Assembly: GCF_001194135.2 (NCBI RefSeq)
Contig: NC_068995.1
Span: 2,089,424 to 2,153,423, forward strand
Reading direction: 5' to 3'
Source: Octopus bimaculoides
Taxonomy: Eukaryota
DNA: 64,000 nucleotides
The translations under genes were made by a program, and so were the position numbers. Numbering within the stretch: the stretch's first letter is position 1; every line of letters starts with the position of its first letter. Below the pieces are notes generated by a model, which was given only the letters and a program-made list of their open reading frames with translations, made no database searches and was not told where the DNA came from. Below, one piece after another: positions 53,625 through 64,000 of this stretch.

Positions 53625-54338
53625 GTCATCACCGCCATCATTGTCATCATCATCATCATCTTCCATACTGACATGGATAAGACTGAAACGTATTGTTTAA
53701 TTTCTAGAACTTGTAACCCCAATCATTGTGTGATACTGCCTTCTGTTACTGGAATACAACTCCTTTGGCAAAACTTCAGACATTGCAAGATCCTAATTCA
53801 TGTATTCTATGACCATTCCATTTGTCTCTTTTAAACATTTTCATTTGCGTTTTCCATTCGTTATTTCTCAAACAATTCCTTTAATGTTCCTATTTCACCC
53901 TATTTCACTAACCACTGCAGTCCAATGTATTATAATGACTACTACGACCCAGTTTCCCTCTCCCCCACCAAACCATCTTTTGCCACCACCATAATTCTTA
54001 CACCCCCCTGTTTCTCTACTCAAGCCACACCCCTTTTCTATGGTGCATCAATACTGCATCCTTCATTTACAAACTCCAAATAGAAGATTGCCTTTGGCAG
54101 TTTCTAGTTAAATATTCTGACATGCCCTGCTCGAAGCATTTACATATTCTTCAGCATATAAACACACACACACACACACACACATACATATATACATTCA
54201 TATGTATACACACACACACACATACATATATACATTCATATGTATACACATACACACACATTTATATATATAAAACCATGCTGCACAGCACACAGTGCTA
54301 TATATATATTTCAAACAATACAATACGATATGCAATAC

Positions 54339-54370
<32 letters not shown>

Positions 54371-54761
54371 TACTGGGTGGTCGCTAGAAAAGCTGAAAAT
54401 TCGTGAAATGCTGATATATGTTTTCACAAGATCTATTTAAGGTAAACAATAAGCATAAAATTTTCCGCTTTTTTAGCAACCACCATGTATGTATATATAT
54501 ATGTGTGTATGTGTGTGTATTATACACCGTCATGATCATGATCATCACCACCGTCATTTACCATTCACTTTCCATAGTGGTATGGGTTGGATTGCTTAAC
54601 TGGATCTGGTGTACCTCAAGGTTGCATCGGGCTCCAATGTCATCTTTCACATGGTTTCTACAGCTGGATGCCATTCCTAATGTCAACCACTTCACACAGT
54701 GTAATTATATATGTATATAACAAACAACACTATTTAATACAATGACATATATAATATATAT

Positions 54762-54840
<79 letters not shown>

Positions 54841-55577
54841 TGCATACATACATATAAGTTAAGTACATATATATATAAATAAATATATTCATATAGCAAT
54901 AAGTATATATATATATATATATGTGGGGGGAGGTATGTGTGTGTGCATATATGCATGTGTATATTGAGTGTGTGTGTGTTTTTATGATTGAGATGTTATT
55001 TCTGCAAGGTAAAAAGAAAAAGATAAAACAACACCCCAAAAAAGACAAGAAACTGTATACACCTACAGAGAGTATCAATGAAATCATTGATTGACGAGAA
55101 GTAGCAAATCCCTAATTAATCAATTATATTTGTAATTTTAGTCCATAGCTTAATTGCTTTCGTTGCTATGTGCACCGCTTGGTTGCTTGGTAAGCATCAT
55201 AGAATTAGTGTGAGCTGGAAAGTGTGAGAAATAAAAATAAAATAAAATATATATATATATATATATATATANNNNNNNNNNNNNNNNNNNNNNNNNNNNN
55301 NNNNNNNNNNNNNNNNNNNNNNNNNNNNNNNNNNNNNNNNNNNNNNNNNNNNNNNNNNNNNATATATGTATATATGCATATAGATATAAATAAATAAGTA
55401 CAAACCTACCAGATACACTAAACTGACTTGACTATTCAATAAGCAAGAACTTGTTTTGCCTTCTCACTCAACTACCTGCAATATACCCCACGCACATGTG
55501 TGGGATGGAAATGCATAGCTGTGTGTGTGTGTATGCTCATAAGACACACACACATACATATAAGACATATATATATA

Positions 55578-55608
<31 letters not shown>

Positions 55609-55672
55609 GACATACATATATAAGACATATATATATATATATGTATATATGACATATATGTCTATGTGTGTG

Positions 55673-55711
<39 letters not shown>

Positions 55712-55903
55712 GTACATATATGTGTNNNNNNNNNNTGTGTGTGTGTGTATATATATAAATATGAGACATCTATATATATATGACATATATATATATATAT
55801 ATATGTATACATACACACACACATATATGTATACATGTATATATATATTATATGTATATCATTCATATACATATACTCTTACATTCATATATATGAATTG
55901 AAC

Positions 55904-55938
<35 letters not shown>

Positions 55939-56029
55939 ACATGCATTTATGTACAGATAATCCACCAGTCCAAAAGTGAAAAAATAAAAAATTTTCTCCA
56001 TCTCTGTCTTTCTCTCTCTGTCCTTTCAT

Positions 56030-56069
<40 letters not shown>

Positions 56070-56609
56070 CCTCTCTCTCTCTCTCTCTCTCTGTATATAG
56101 TGAATGGATATAGGGAATGTGGGATAAATGATGTAGAGGCTTCTAAAATCGAATTAACAACTTCCCTTGACAAAAGCAGAACAACAGCGACAACAACAAT
56201 AGTAACACTGTTCTTCTTAATAATAGTAATAATAATAAAAGCAACCCCTCCACCCCCGCCTCCTGCATCTCCTGAAAAAGACAAAAAAAGAAGAAGAAAA
56301 AGAAGCAAGGTTAGCATGAATAGATTTAAACAGGTAAACTGTGTAGTGTGAAGTTGTTTAGGCGGCAGAATAACAGAATCGATTTTATTGAGTGTTTCAT
56401 TGAATGTATCGTGTATTGGGTCAAAGCAATCCTTCATAGATGCTGGCTTTACAAACCCTTTGTTCACTGGTCGCATGTGATGGTCGTTGCTGGTCACTGT
56501 TCGTAGCTGTAGGCCTTTACCAAGTGCTAACTATTGCTGACTATCGACTTTATCAACTACACAATTTTCATTTTCGTTTCTATGGCACTGGTATTTTGCT
56601 GCTTGTGAA

Positions 56610-56790
56610 GGCATGTGGCTTAGCGGCTGGAGTAATCGGCTCACGATCTTTAGGTCACGGGTTCAATTCCTGACAGTGCATTGTGCCCTTGAGCAAGACA
56701 ATTTATTTCACATTGCTCCAGTTCACTCTGCTGGCAGAAATGAGTTGTACCTGTAATTAAAATGGGTCAATCTTGTCATTCTCTTTGTCA
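56610..56790 (+). mobile_element. SINE family 3 copy
   Basis: GGCTTAGCGG..GGGTTCAATTCCTGAC..TTGTGCCCTTGAGCAAGACA..TTCACTCTGCTGGCAGAAA. Confidence 0.65.
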
Positions 56791-59700
56791 TGCTGAATCA
56801 TCATCATCATTGTTTAACGTCCGTTTTCCATGCTGGCATGCGTTGGTCGGTTTGACTGAGGCTGCACCAGGCTCCAATCTGATCTGGCAAGGTTTCCACA
56901 GCTGGATGCTCTTCCTAACACCAACCACTCTGAGAGTGTAGTGGATACTTTTTACATGCACCGGCATGGGAGCCAGTCAGGTGGCACTGGCATTGACCAT
57001 ATTCAGATGGTGGTTTTTATGTGTCACTGGCACAAGAGCCACTCAGGTGGGGGACTGGCATTGACATTTTTACATGCCACCAGCACAGGGAGCCAGTCAA
57101 GCAGCACTGGCATCGGCCCACGCTTGAATGATACTTATTACATGCCACCATTCCCTGTAATTGGGAAGCAAACTTCTTACCACTCAGCCACATCCTCACC
57201 TATACAAATCCTATAACAATAGATCACCATTGTCCAGTCTCACAAATCAAGAATCTACAGACAGCTTGTATCGAGTGTCACAAATCTTATAAACTAGTTG
57301 ATGTCTAATATCTTCTGTCCTCCATCTCACAATGAATGTCTATCCTTTTCCATAAAGTAACTGGCACCATCCAGTCCTACAACCACATTCAACATGCTAC
57401 CCATTATTCCAGCTCTCAGTACCATCGTTTCTAATAACCAAGAATCAATACCATTCCATTGTTTAATCTCTTAGAACACTATCGAGCTAATACTCCGTAC
57501 ATTATCACACCAGCAACCTCCATCTTCCTATAATGATGGCCTCTAGAAGTGTTATCCCTACTGACAACTGGGCTGTGCCTGGTTCAGCAAGATCCAGTGA
57601 ATTTAGTCCATATTGGAGAGACTGCTTGCTGGCTACGGTGATAAAAATCACAAGTTATTATATATTGATCTTATAAACTTCCCCTTCTGTTATCTGTCTT
57701 CTATCAGTTCGAGTGAGGTCATTCAGTGAGCTATTTTATTGCAGTTTTAACAAGTAAGATAATTGAATCAAGGCTATAATTTCTACCCAGTAAGTTAATC
57801 CATGCCAGAGAATTTGGCAGTAATATTCACCATTGTATTAACTGTGTGTCACCCACTCTCTCCCTCTCTCTCTCTTTCTTAGAGGGAGAACAATTATTGA
57901 CTTGTAAAAGGAAGCTGTTGATGTTTATTTCAAACCCATCCTATCAATACTTTAATAGATCAATCAATCTATCAATAAAGACACTACGATAAATGAACTA
58001 GGAGAGAAGAAGCGAAACACCAGCAAACACACCAAAAACAAGCAACTGATAACAATGATGATGATGATATATGATGATGATGATGATGATGATGATGATA
58101 TATGATGATGATGATGATGATGACGACGATGATGATGATGATGACGATGATGATGATGAGGATAAACTAAATAAACATGAACTCTACTTCCAGCTTCCTC
58201 TCCCAGTTCGGCAAACTTTGTCTTTTTCTGGCAGCAGCCGTAATCATAAAGCCATAAATTTGGTTATTTCTCTGTTGGCAGCCATGTTTGTATCTGAAAT
58301 TTTTCTCCAAAATCTCACATCTAATCATTGTTTGCAAACCTTGTGTCACATATTCAGTGTTGAGGGTTAATGGTTATAGTTAAGGTCGGGGGTGAGGTTT
58401 TTTTTTGGTGGGGAAGGGTTATAGTTACCGACTGACCGTGTCACATTCTGTGGGGGGATTATCAGCGTCGTTATTGGCAGAATTGTTTGAACATCAGAGA
58501 AAATGCCTTGTGACATTTGTTCTTGCTCCGAGTTCAAATCCTATCAAGGTCAAGACTTGCCTTTCATTTTTTTTTTTGTTGTTTTTTTGAGTGTCAATGA
58601 AATAAAGTACCAGTTAAGCATGAGACTCAACGGCATCTACAAACACCCTCCCCTCAAAATAGGTGGCCTTGTAACCTAAATCAGGAACCATTTGCATATA
58701 ACACCATTTCACTTTATTTATATCAGTGATTGAAAAACTGCTGTTGTTGTTGTTGTTGAGTCCCAAGTCAAACCTGGTCCAGCAGACCCATGATCCAAGT
58801 CAATCCAGACATGATCATCTCATCTTTCGGTGGTGGTGGTGGGATGAGTATCTAGGATTGTATTATTCTAATAATTTACCCCCTTTCATTAAGATGGTTG
58901 TGTGTGATTTGAAAAAGAGGAAGAGAAAGATTTTGCTGCTATTTCTAGCAGATGAAACGACCACATAGAGGCACAATCCTAATGGAGAATTAACGAATTA
59001 ATGTGTAATTGATGCATAATTAAGGAATTAATGAATTATGAGTGATATGTCAAACATGTCTCTAGGCCTAAAGAAACATATCTCCCTCGTCAGCTTATCA
59101 CCATGAAATTGTACAAAGTAGATAAGTGAAACCTAACTTCTGGGATGACATGACAAACACCTGTAGGCAACTTTCCCAGATACTTAACTGCCTGACAAAG
59201 AGTGGCACATTGAAGTTGGTGGAGGAGCTCAGGTTGTGTCTGTTCATAAGCTTTTTACGTGACACCAGCACGATTTTATGTGTGTATACATACATACATA
59301 AATATATATTTATATTGAGAAAAAAAAGTTGTCAGAATTTTGGAAAAAAAACTTTTTGTAATTCTTCATTATTATTAACGCTTTCATTCTTCTCTAGAAC
59401 TTGTCAAATAAAATTTTGTGAATGTACAAACAACTTGTTCATTTATACAAAATGGATGGTTTTTTTTGGGGGGGGGGTGTTTAGAAGAGAAACCATTATA
59501 ATATAGTGGTTGAGTATTCCATAGTCAAGTACTGGTTAGGCAAGAAAATAAGTTTTTTATTTTGAGATTTCTTTCAAAGACCAATAACTATTGCAGCAGC
59601 AACAACAACAACAAACAACAATAATAGCTACAACAACAACAGTGGCAGCAGTTGAAGCTGCAGACATACAACTGCGAGATAACCGTGTGTGGCTCTGTAT

Positions 59701-59898
59701 GTTTGGCAGTCAGACTGTGCAGGTTTGTGCTGCTGGCTGCATGTGTGGCTGTGAGACCAGACCTAATGTCTCTCGTTTCAACACTTTGTGCAGTGTGAGG
59801 GACGCATCAGTGATCACACAACGATCAAAGCCAAATCATTCCACAGAATAAACTCATTTAACCAATTCTTTCTGCAATCATTTGTTTTCCTGCAGCAG

Positions 59899-59943
59899 GA
59901 ATGTTCTGGAAGGTGCACAGGTGGGGGCAGAGGAACAGAAGGA
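59899..59943 (+). CDS. Candidate 45/48-nt symmetric phase-2 mini-exon with NAGNAG acceptor, (R)NVLEGAQVGAEEQK
   Basis: TTTGTTTTCCTGCAG|CAG|G acceptor (exon start 59896 or 59899), AG-free zone 59847-59893 with TTTAAC branch-like site near 59860, GGA|GTAAGT donor, open in the exon-1 frame. Confidence 0.4.
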
Positions 59944-60436
59944 GTAAGTTAAAAGCCACACATGCACGTGCAAACACACACACTCACAAACACATTCATA
60001 CACATGCAGTCACACACACACACATGCACACACTCTCACATTCATACACATACTCACACACATGCATGCACACACACACACACATTCACAGACACCTGCA
60101 CACACTCACACACACATACACACACGTGCACACACACATGTATAAAGTTGGTGAGGGAATAATAATTGGTCAACATGTAGGACCACTGAACCATCTCACA
60201 ACAACAGCCAACCAAGTGTTTTGTTTAGAATTCCAATTTCTAACACTTTTGGAAGAAGATGAGTTACAGTGGCTCTCTAGTCAGAGTGTTGGATTGGTTA
60301 TATGGGGCATCTACGGTGTTCCACACCAAACTTGTTAATGTACAGATGAGTTCTGTTAGTATGTTCAGGTTGTCCATACAACACTGCTGCTGTTGTTTCC
60401 TGTTACATATAGCTATACATACATACATACATACAT

Positions 60437-60469
<33 letters not shown>

Positions 60470-60492
60470 NNNNNNNNNNNNNNNNNNNNNNN

Positions 60493-60681
60493 TGTAGTCT
60501 GTCGATTTATAAAATATAATTTCCAGAACTAGACACAGGACGTCCACCCGAAAGGCAGCACGTGTAGAGTTCTACAAATTACATTCAGTGTATCCTTTCA
60601 AATGTCTTCAATCTGGCGCGCTAAGTCCGGAAATAACTCTGCAGTTAATAAATTTTTGCAGCTAATTTACCGATTTGAGAA
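60493..60681. mobile_element. Partial second copy of the same MITE (core plus inner TIR edge), inverted relative to 60786-61437
   Basis: 60515-60681 is the reverse complement of about 61025-61190; the left side is lost in the N gap at 60470-60492. Confidence 0.75.
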
Positions 60682-60785
60682 CATCATTATTTAAAATTTA
60701 TTAATAAGAGTAGAAATTGATATTAATCAATTAAAACCAGTGGTCTAGCATATTAAAAAAATCCGAAGATTAAAATTATATTACA

Positions 60786-61435
60786 TACAAAAATAAGAGG
60801 AATGACCAGCAAAAGTGGACTCCTATATGCTAGAAATAGATGCCAAATCATCTAACCACGAAGAATATGTTCTCACTAAAAATTTAGCGACACAACAGAC
60901 TGCAAAAGGGTAAGACAAATGAAAAAATATTAAATAAAAAATCGATTAACCTACGTACCATGGTTTCACCTGTTAATATTTACATAAGTAAATATCTGCA
61001 GGATCATCAGCGTAGTCTGTCAATTTCTCAAACCGGTAAATTAGCTGCAAAAATTTATTAACTGCAGAGTTATTTACGGACTTAGCGCGCCAGAGTGAAG
61101 ACATTTGAAAGGATACACTGAATGTAATTTGTAGAACTCTACACGTGCTCCATTGCGGGTGGACGTCTTGTGTCTAGTTCTGGGAATTATTTCTCAAATC
61201 GACTGACCACGCTGATGATCCAGCAGATATTTACTTATGTAAATTTTAAAAGGTGAAACCATGGTACGTAGGTTAATCGTTTTTCATTTAGTATTCTTTC
61301 ATTTGTTTTGCCCTTTTACAGTCTGTTGTGTCACTAAATTTTTTACTGAGAACATATTTTTTCGTGGTTAGATGATTCGGCATCTATCTCTAGCATATAG
61401 GAGTCCACATTTGTTGGTCATCCCTCTTATTTTTG

Positions 61436-61437
<2 letters not shown>
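60786..61437. mobile_element. Long-TIR MITE (about 240-bp TIRs, about 175-bp core), TA ends
   Basis: TACAAAAATAAGAGG...CAGCGTAGTCTGTC at 60786-61020 is the near reverse complement of 61200-61437 (...CCTCTTATTTTTGTA); the right end abuts (TA)n. Confidence 0.8.
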
Positions 61438-61468
<31 letters not shown>

Positions 61469-62122
61469 AACAAGAGTGAAGAGTAAGGTCTTCCAAATAG
61501 TAACTAAAAGAACATTGTAGCATTGAGGTCTCTCTCTCTCTCTATATATATATATATGATGTAATGCTTCAACAAGTAAAAGCTCTCAGTCAGCTAAGAG
61601 AGTAAAACTAATCTTAAAATGAAAAATCGCAAATCTTGTAAATACAGCTACCCAGGGTTTCCTGGTTGAAATAATAATTTATTCTGCCATTTATCAAACT
61701 GAAAACAAGACCGTTTGTCAGTTGTCGTTTGAGCAGATAATGTTTAAACAAAAGAGAAGCTTGTAAAGAAGAAAGCAAAAAGGAAAAATCACATTCCTTG
61801 TTTTTGTGTATTCATTGTGCTTAAAATATGTTCAGTGTGTATATATATGTACACACATACACATATGTGTTTGTATAGACATAAACACACACATATATGT
61901 GGATATGTTTATATACATACATATATATACGTACATATATGTATATATATATATATATACATACATACACACATGTATATGTGTATGTATGTATGTATAC
62001 ACATTTCCAGTATTGAGTACTGTTTTTCCTTTTTATTTACACTAAAGTGCTTACATATGTATGCATACGCACACACTCACACACTTACACATGCATGTGT
62101 GAACGTGCACACATACGTGTCT

Positions 62123-62154
<32 letters not shown>

Positions 62155-62400
62155 ACGTATGCATGGAACACTTTACATTTTAAGAAGTGCTTCAACTGTT
62201 ATTGTTGGCTGTTATCGTGCAGTGGTTAGGATTAAGATTAAGCCTAAAAGATAATGTTTAATCCCTCCTTAAATATTGCCCTGAACCCACTTTCAAAACA
62301 AACAAATTTAAAGCCCAAATTATAATGAAGATAACCATGATAATAATTATGATGATGATGATGGTGATGATGATAATAATAATAATAATAATAATATCTC

Positions 62401-62716
62401 ATGTTTGAATAATAAAATAACAATTTGATGATGAGGCTCTCATTTGATATTGTGAGTGTGTATATAACCTGGCAGGTGTATATATATTAGGTGTGTATAC
62501 CATGGTGGTACACTACTGTATGTATAGTCTTTTATTCTTTCACTTGTTTCAGTCATTTCACTGCAGCCATGCTGGAGCACTGCTTTTAATCGAACAAATC
62601 GACCCCCCCCCCCCATCAGTATTTCTCCAATTTCTGTTTTCTTTATATATATGCTTGAATTATAAAATAACCATTTGATAATGAGGGTCTCATTTGATAT
62701 TGTGAGTGTGTATATA
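62401..62716. repeat. 66-bp direct repeat pair (62401-62466, 62651-62716) flanking a SINE tail
   Basis: Five mismatches by eye; the interval contains a minus-strand SINE family 1 tail at about 62530-62610. Confidence 0.85.
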
Positions 62717-64000
62717 TGAAATGAGTACCAGTTGAACACTTGGGGGGGGGGGTCTATGTAATTGACTCATCCCCTCCTGTAAAATTTGAAACCATTATTA
62801 TTATTTTTATTAATTAGTGTTCTCAATCAAGATAAACACTTTTCATTATCTCATACCGAACTGCAAACTTATTTCACCCAAACTTAGGTGATATACCATC
62901 TTCATCGTCACCGTCATCGTCGTCGTCGTCATCATCATCATCATCATCATCGTCGTCACCATCATCATCTTCATCATCATTTAACATCCATCTTCCACGC
63001 TGGGATGGGTTGGACAGTTTGACAAGGAACTGGCAAACCAGAGAGCTGCACCTGGCTCCAATTGTCTGTTTTGGCGTGGTTTCTACAGCCGGATACCCAC
63101 TTTACAGAGTGTATAGGGTGCTTATTATACAACACCAGCACAAGAGCTTTTTATGTGGTGTCAGATACATTGCGGAAAATAACAAATTTACAGATTCAGA
63201 AATTTCAAAACTTTTACGAGAAGATATCATAGAACTGAGAAATTCACTGTGGCATTGCTACAAGTTTTGATTTTATTGGTAATTCCAGTAAGAGAAAGGC
63301 TTTTAGTAGATTTCTCTCAGACTATTAACTGTTTTATAGAGCTTGAAACTTACCCAGTTCACTGTATAGATCAATAGATCAATAATATTTCCAAATATAT
63401 AAATATTATAGCAAAATTGACCTCGGTAACACTTTATTATCAAGTTGGTATCTGTGGAAAGACCATAATAGCGCTTTGCAGGCAGCTGGGGGTCTGTTTC
63501 AATTTAGTTGCGATTCTATAGACATCAGAAATGGTATATCAGTGTTTCAGTAGGTCATCAATGATTTTTATCAACAAAAATATTCTAGAAAGGTCATCAT
63601 CATCATCATCATCATCATCCTCATCATCATAACAACCACCACCACCACCATCATCATTATCACCCCCCCCCCACACACACACACAACAATGCAGTTGCTT
63701 TTGCTTTTGCTGCCATCATCATCATCATCATCGTCATTTTAATGTCTACTTTTCCATGATTGCATGGGTCAGACAGGGTTCCGTGAAGCAAATTTTCTAT
63801 GGCTGGATACTCTTCCTGTCACCAACCCTCTCCTGTTTCCAAGCAAGGCAATATTTTCCACTTGACCTGACATGCTTGCAACGGAGATTTGCAAACGATA
63901 TCAACCACTTAACAAAATCTATTGGGTGCTTTTTACATGGTAGCAGCACTAGTGCTTTATATGTGGTACCAGTACAGGAGGTGCTTTTTACATGAATTCA

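Noticed and set aside
55149-55189. Segment with strong TTG|GTAAGC donor
   Set aside because: 41 nt, not frame-preserving, with a weak acceptor; no support beyond the donor.
56100-56351. 83-aa ORF with a basic stretch and CAG|GTAAAC
   Set aside because: Largely built from (ACA), (TAA) and (AAG) repeats; phase 0, with no family motif.
63163-63270. Frame RYIAENNKFTDSEISKLLREDIIELRNSLWHCYKF* in phase with exon 1
   Set aside because: The acceptor is a repeat-element junction without a pyrimidine tract, and the frame terminates.
424-63995. Most ORFs in the six-frame track (poly-YI, HT, VC, LS, poly-M/D/T/V, X-containing)
   Set aside because: Translations of microsatellites or N gaps, with no family motifs or splice context.
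1-64000. CRISPR arrays, rRNA, operon-like systems
   Set aside because: None seen; the repeats lack constant-repeat/unique-spacer periodicity and the DNA is eukaryotic intronic or intergenic.

Overview
Eukaryotic, AT-rich, microsatellite-saturated genomic DNA with about 11 N-gaps. The SINE families and repeat load look like an octopus genome (inferred from memory of these repeats, not from a search). Nearly all ORFs in the supplied track are translations of (TA)n, (CA)n, (GA)n or (CAT)n repeats and are not genes. One convincing coding exon exists, 25381-25616 (+). It starts MGNETS (N-myristoylation consensus), encodes the PDLSHLTEDEIAQIRSVIDRA helix of the Rab3/Rab27-effector (RIM/Piccolo/rabphilin/Slp) superfamily, and ends at a perfect CAG|GTAAGT phase-2 donor. 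This combination is closest to the N-terminus of vertebrate Piccolo, and the rest of the window is apparently its large first intron region. I found two frame-preserving candidate mini-exons downstream (45495-45536, 59899-59943), a phase-compatible candidate alternative first exon (21214-21254), a four-copy 12-mer motif cluster upstream (21358-21617) and a possible divergent first exon on the minus strand (16086-16163). The remainder is transposon debris: three SINE families, RTE, R4/Dong-like and Penelope retroelement fragments, Tc1/mariner relics and several MITEs. Repeat coordinates are by eye and approximate unless termini are quoted.
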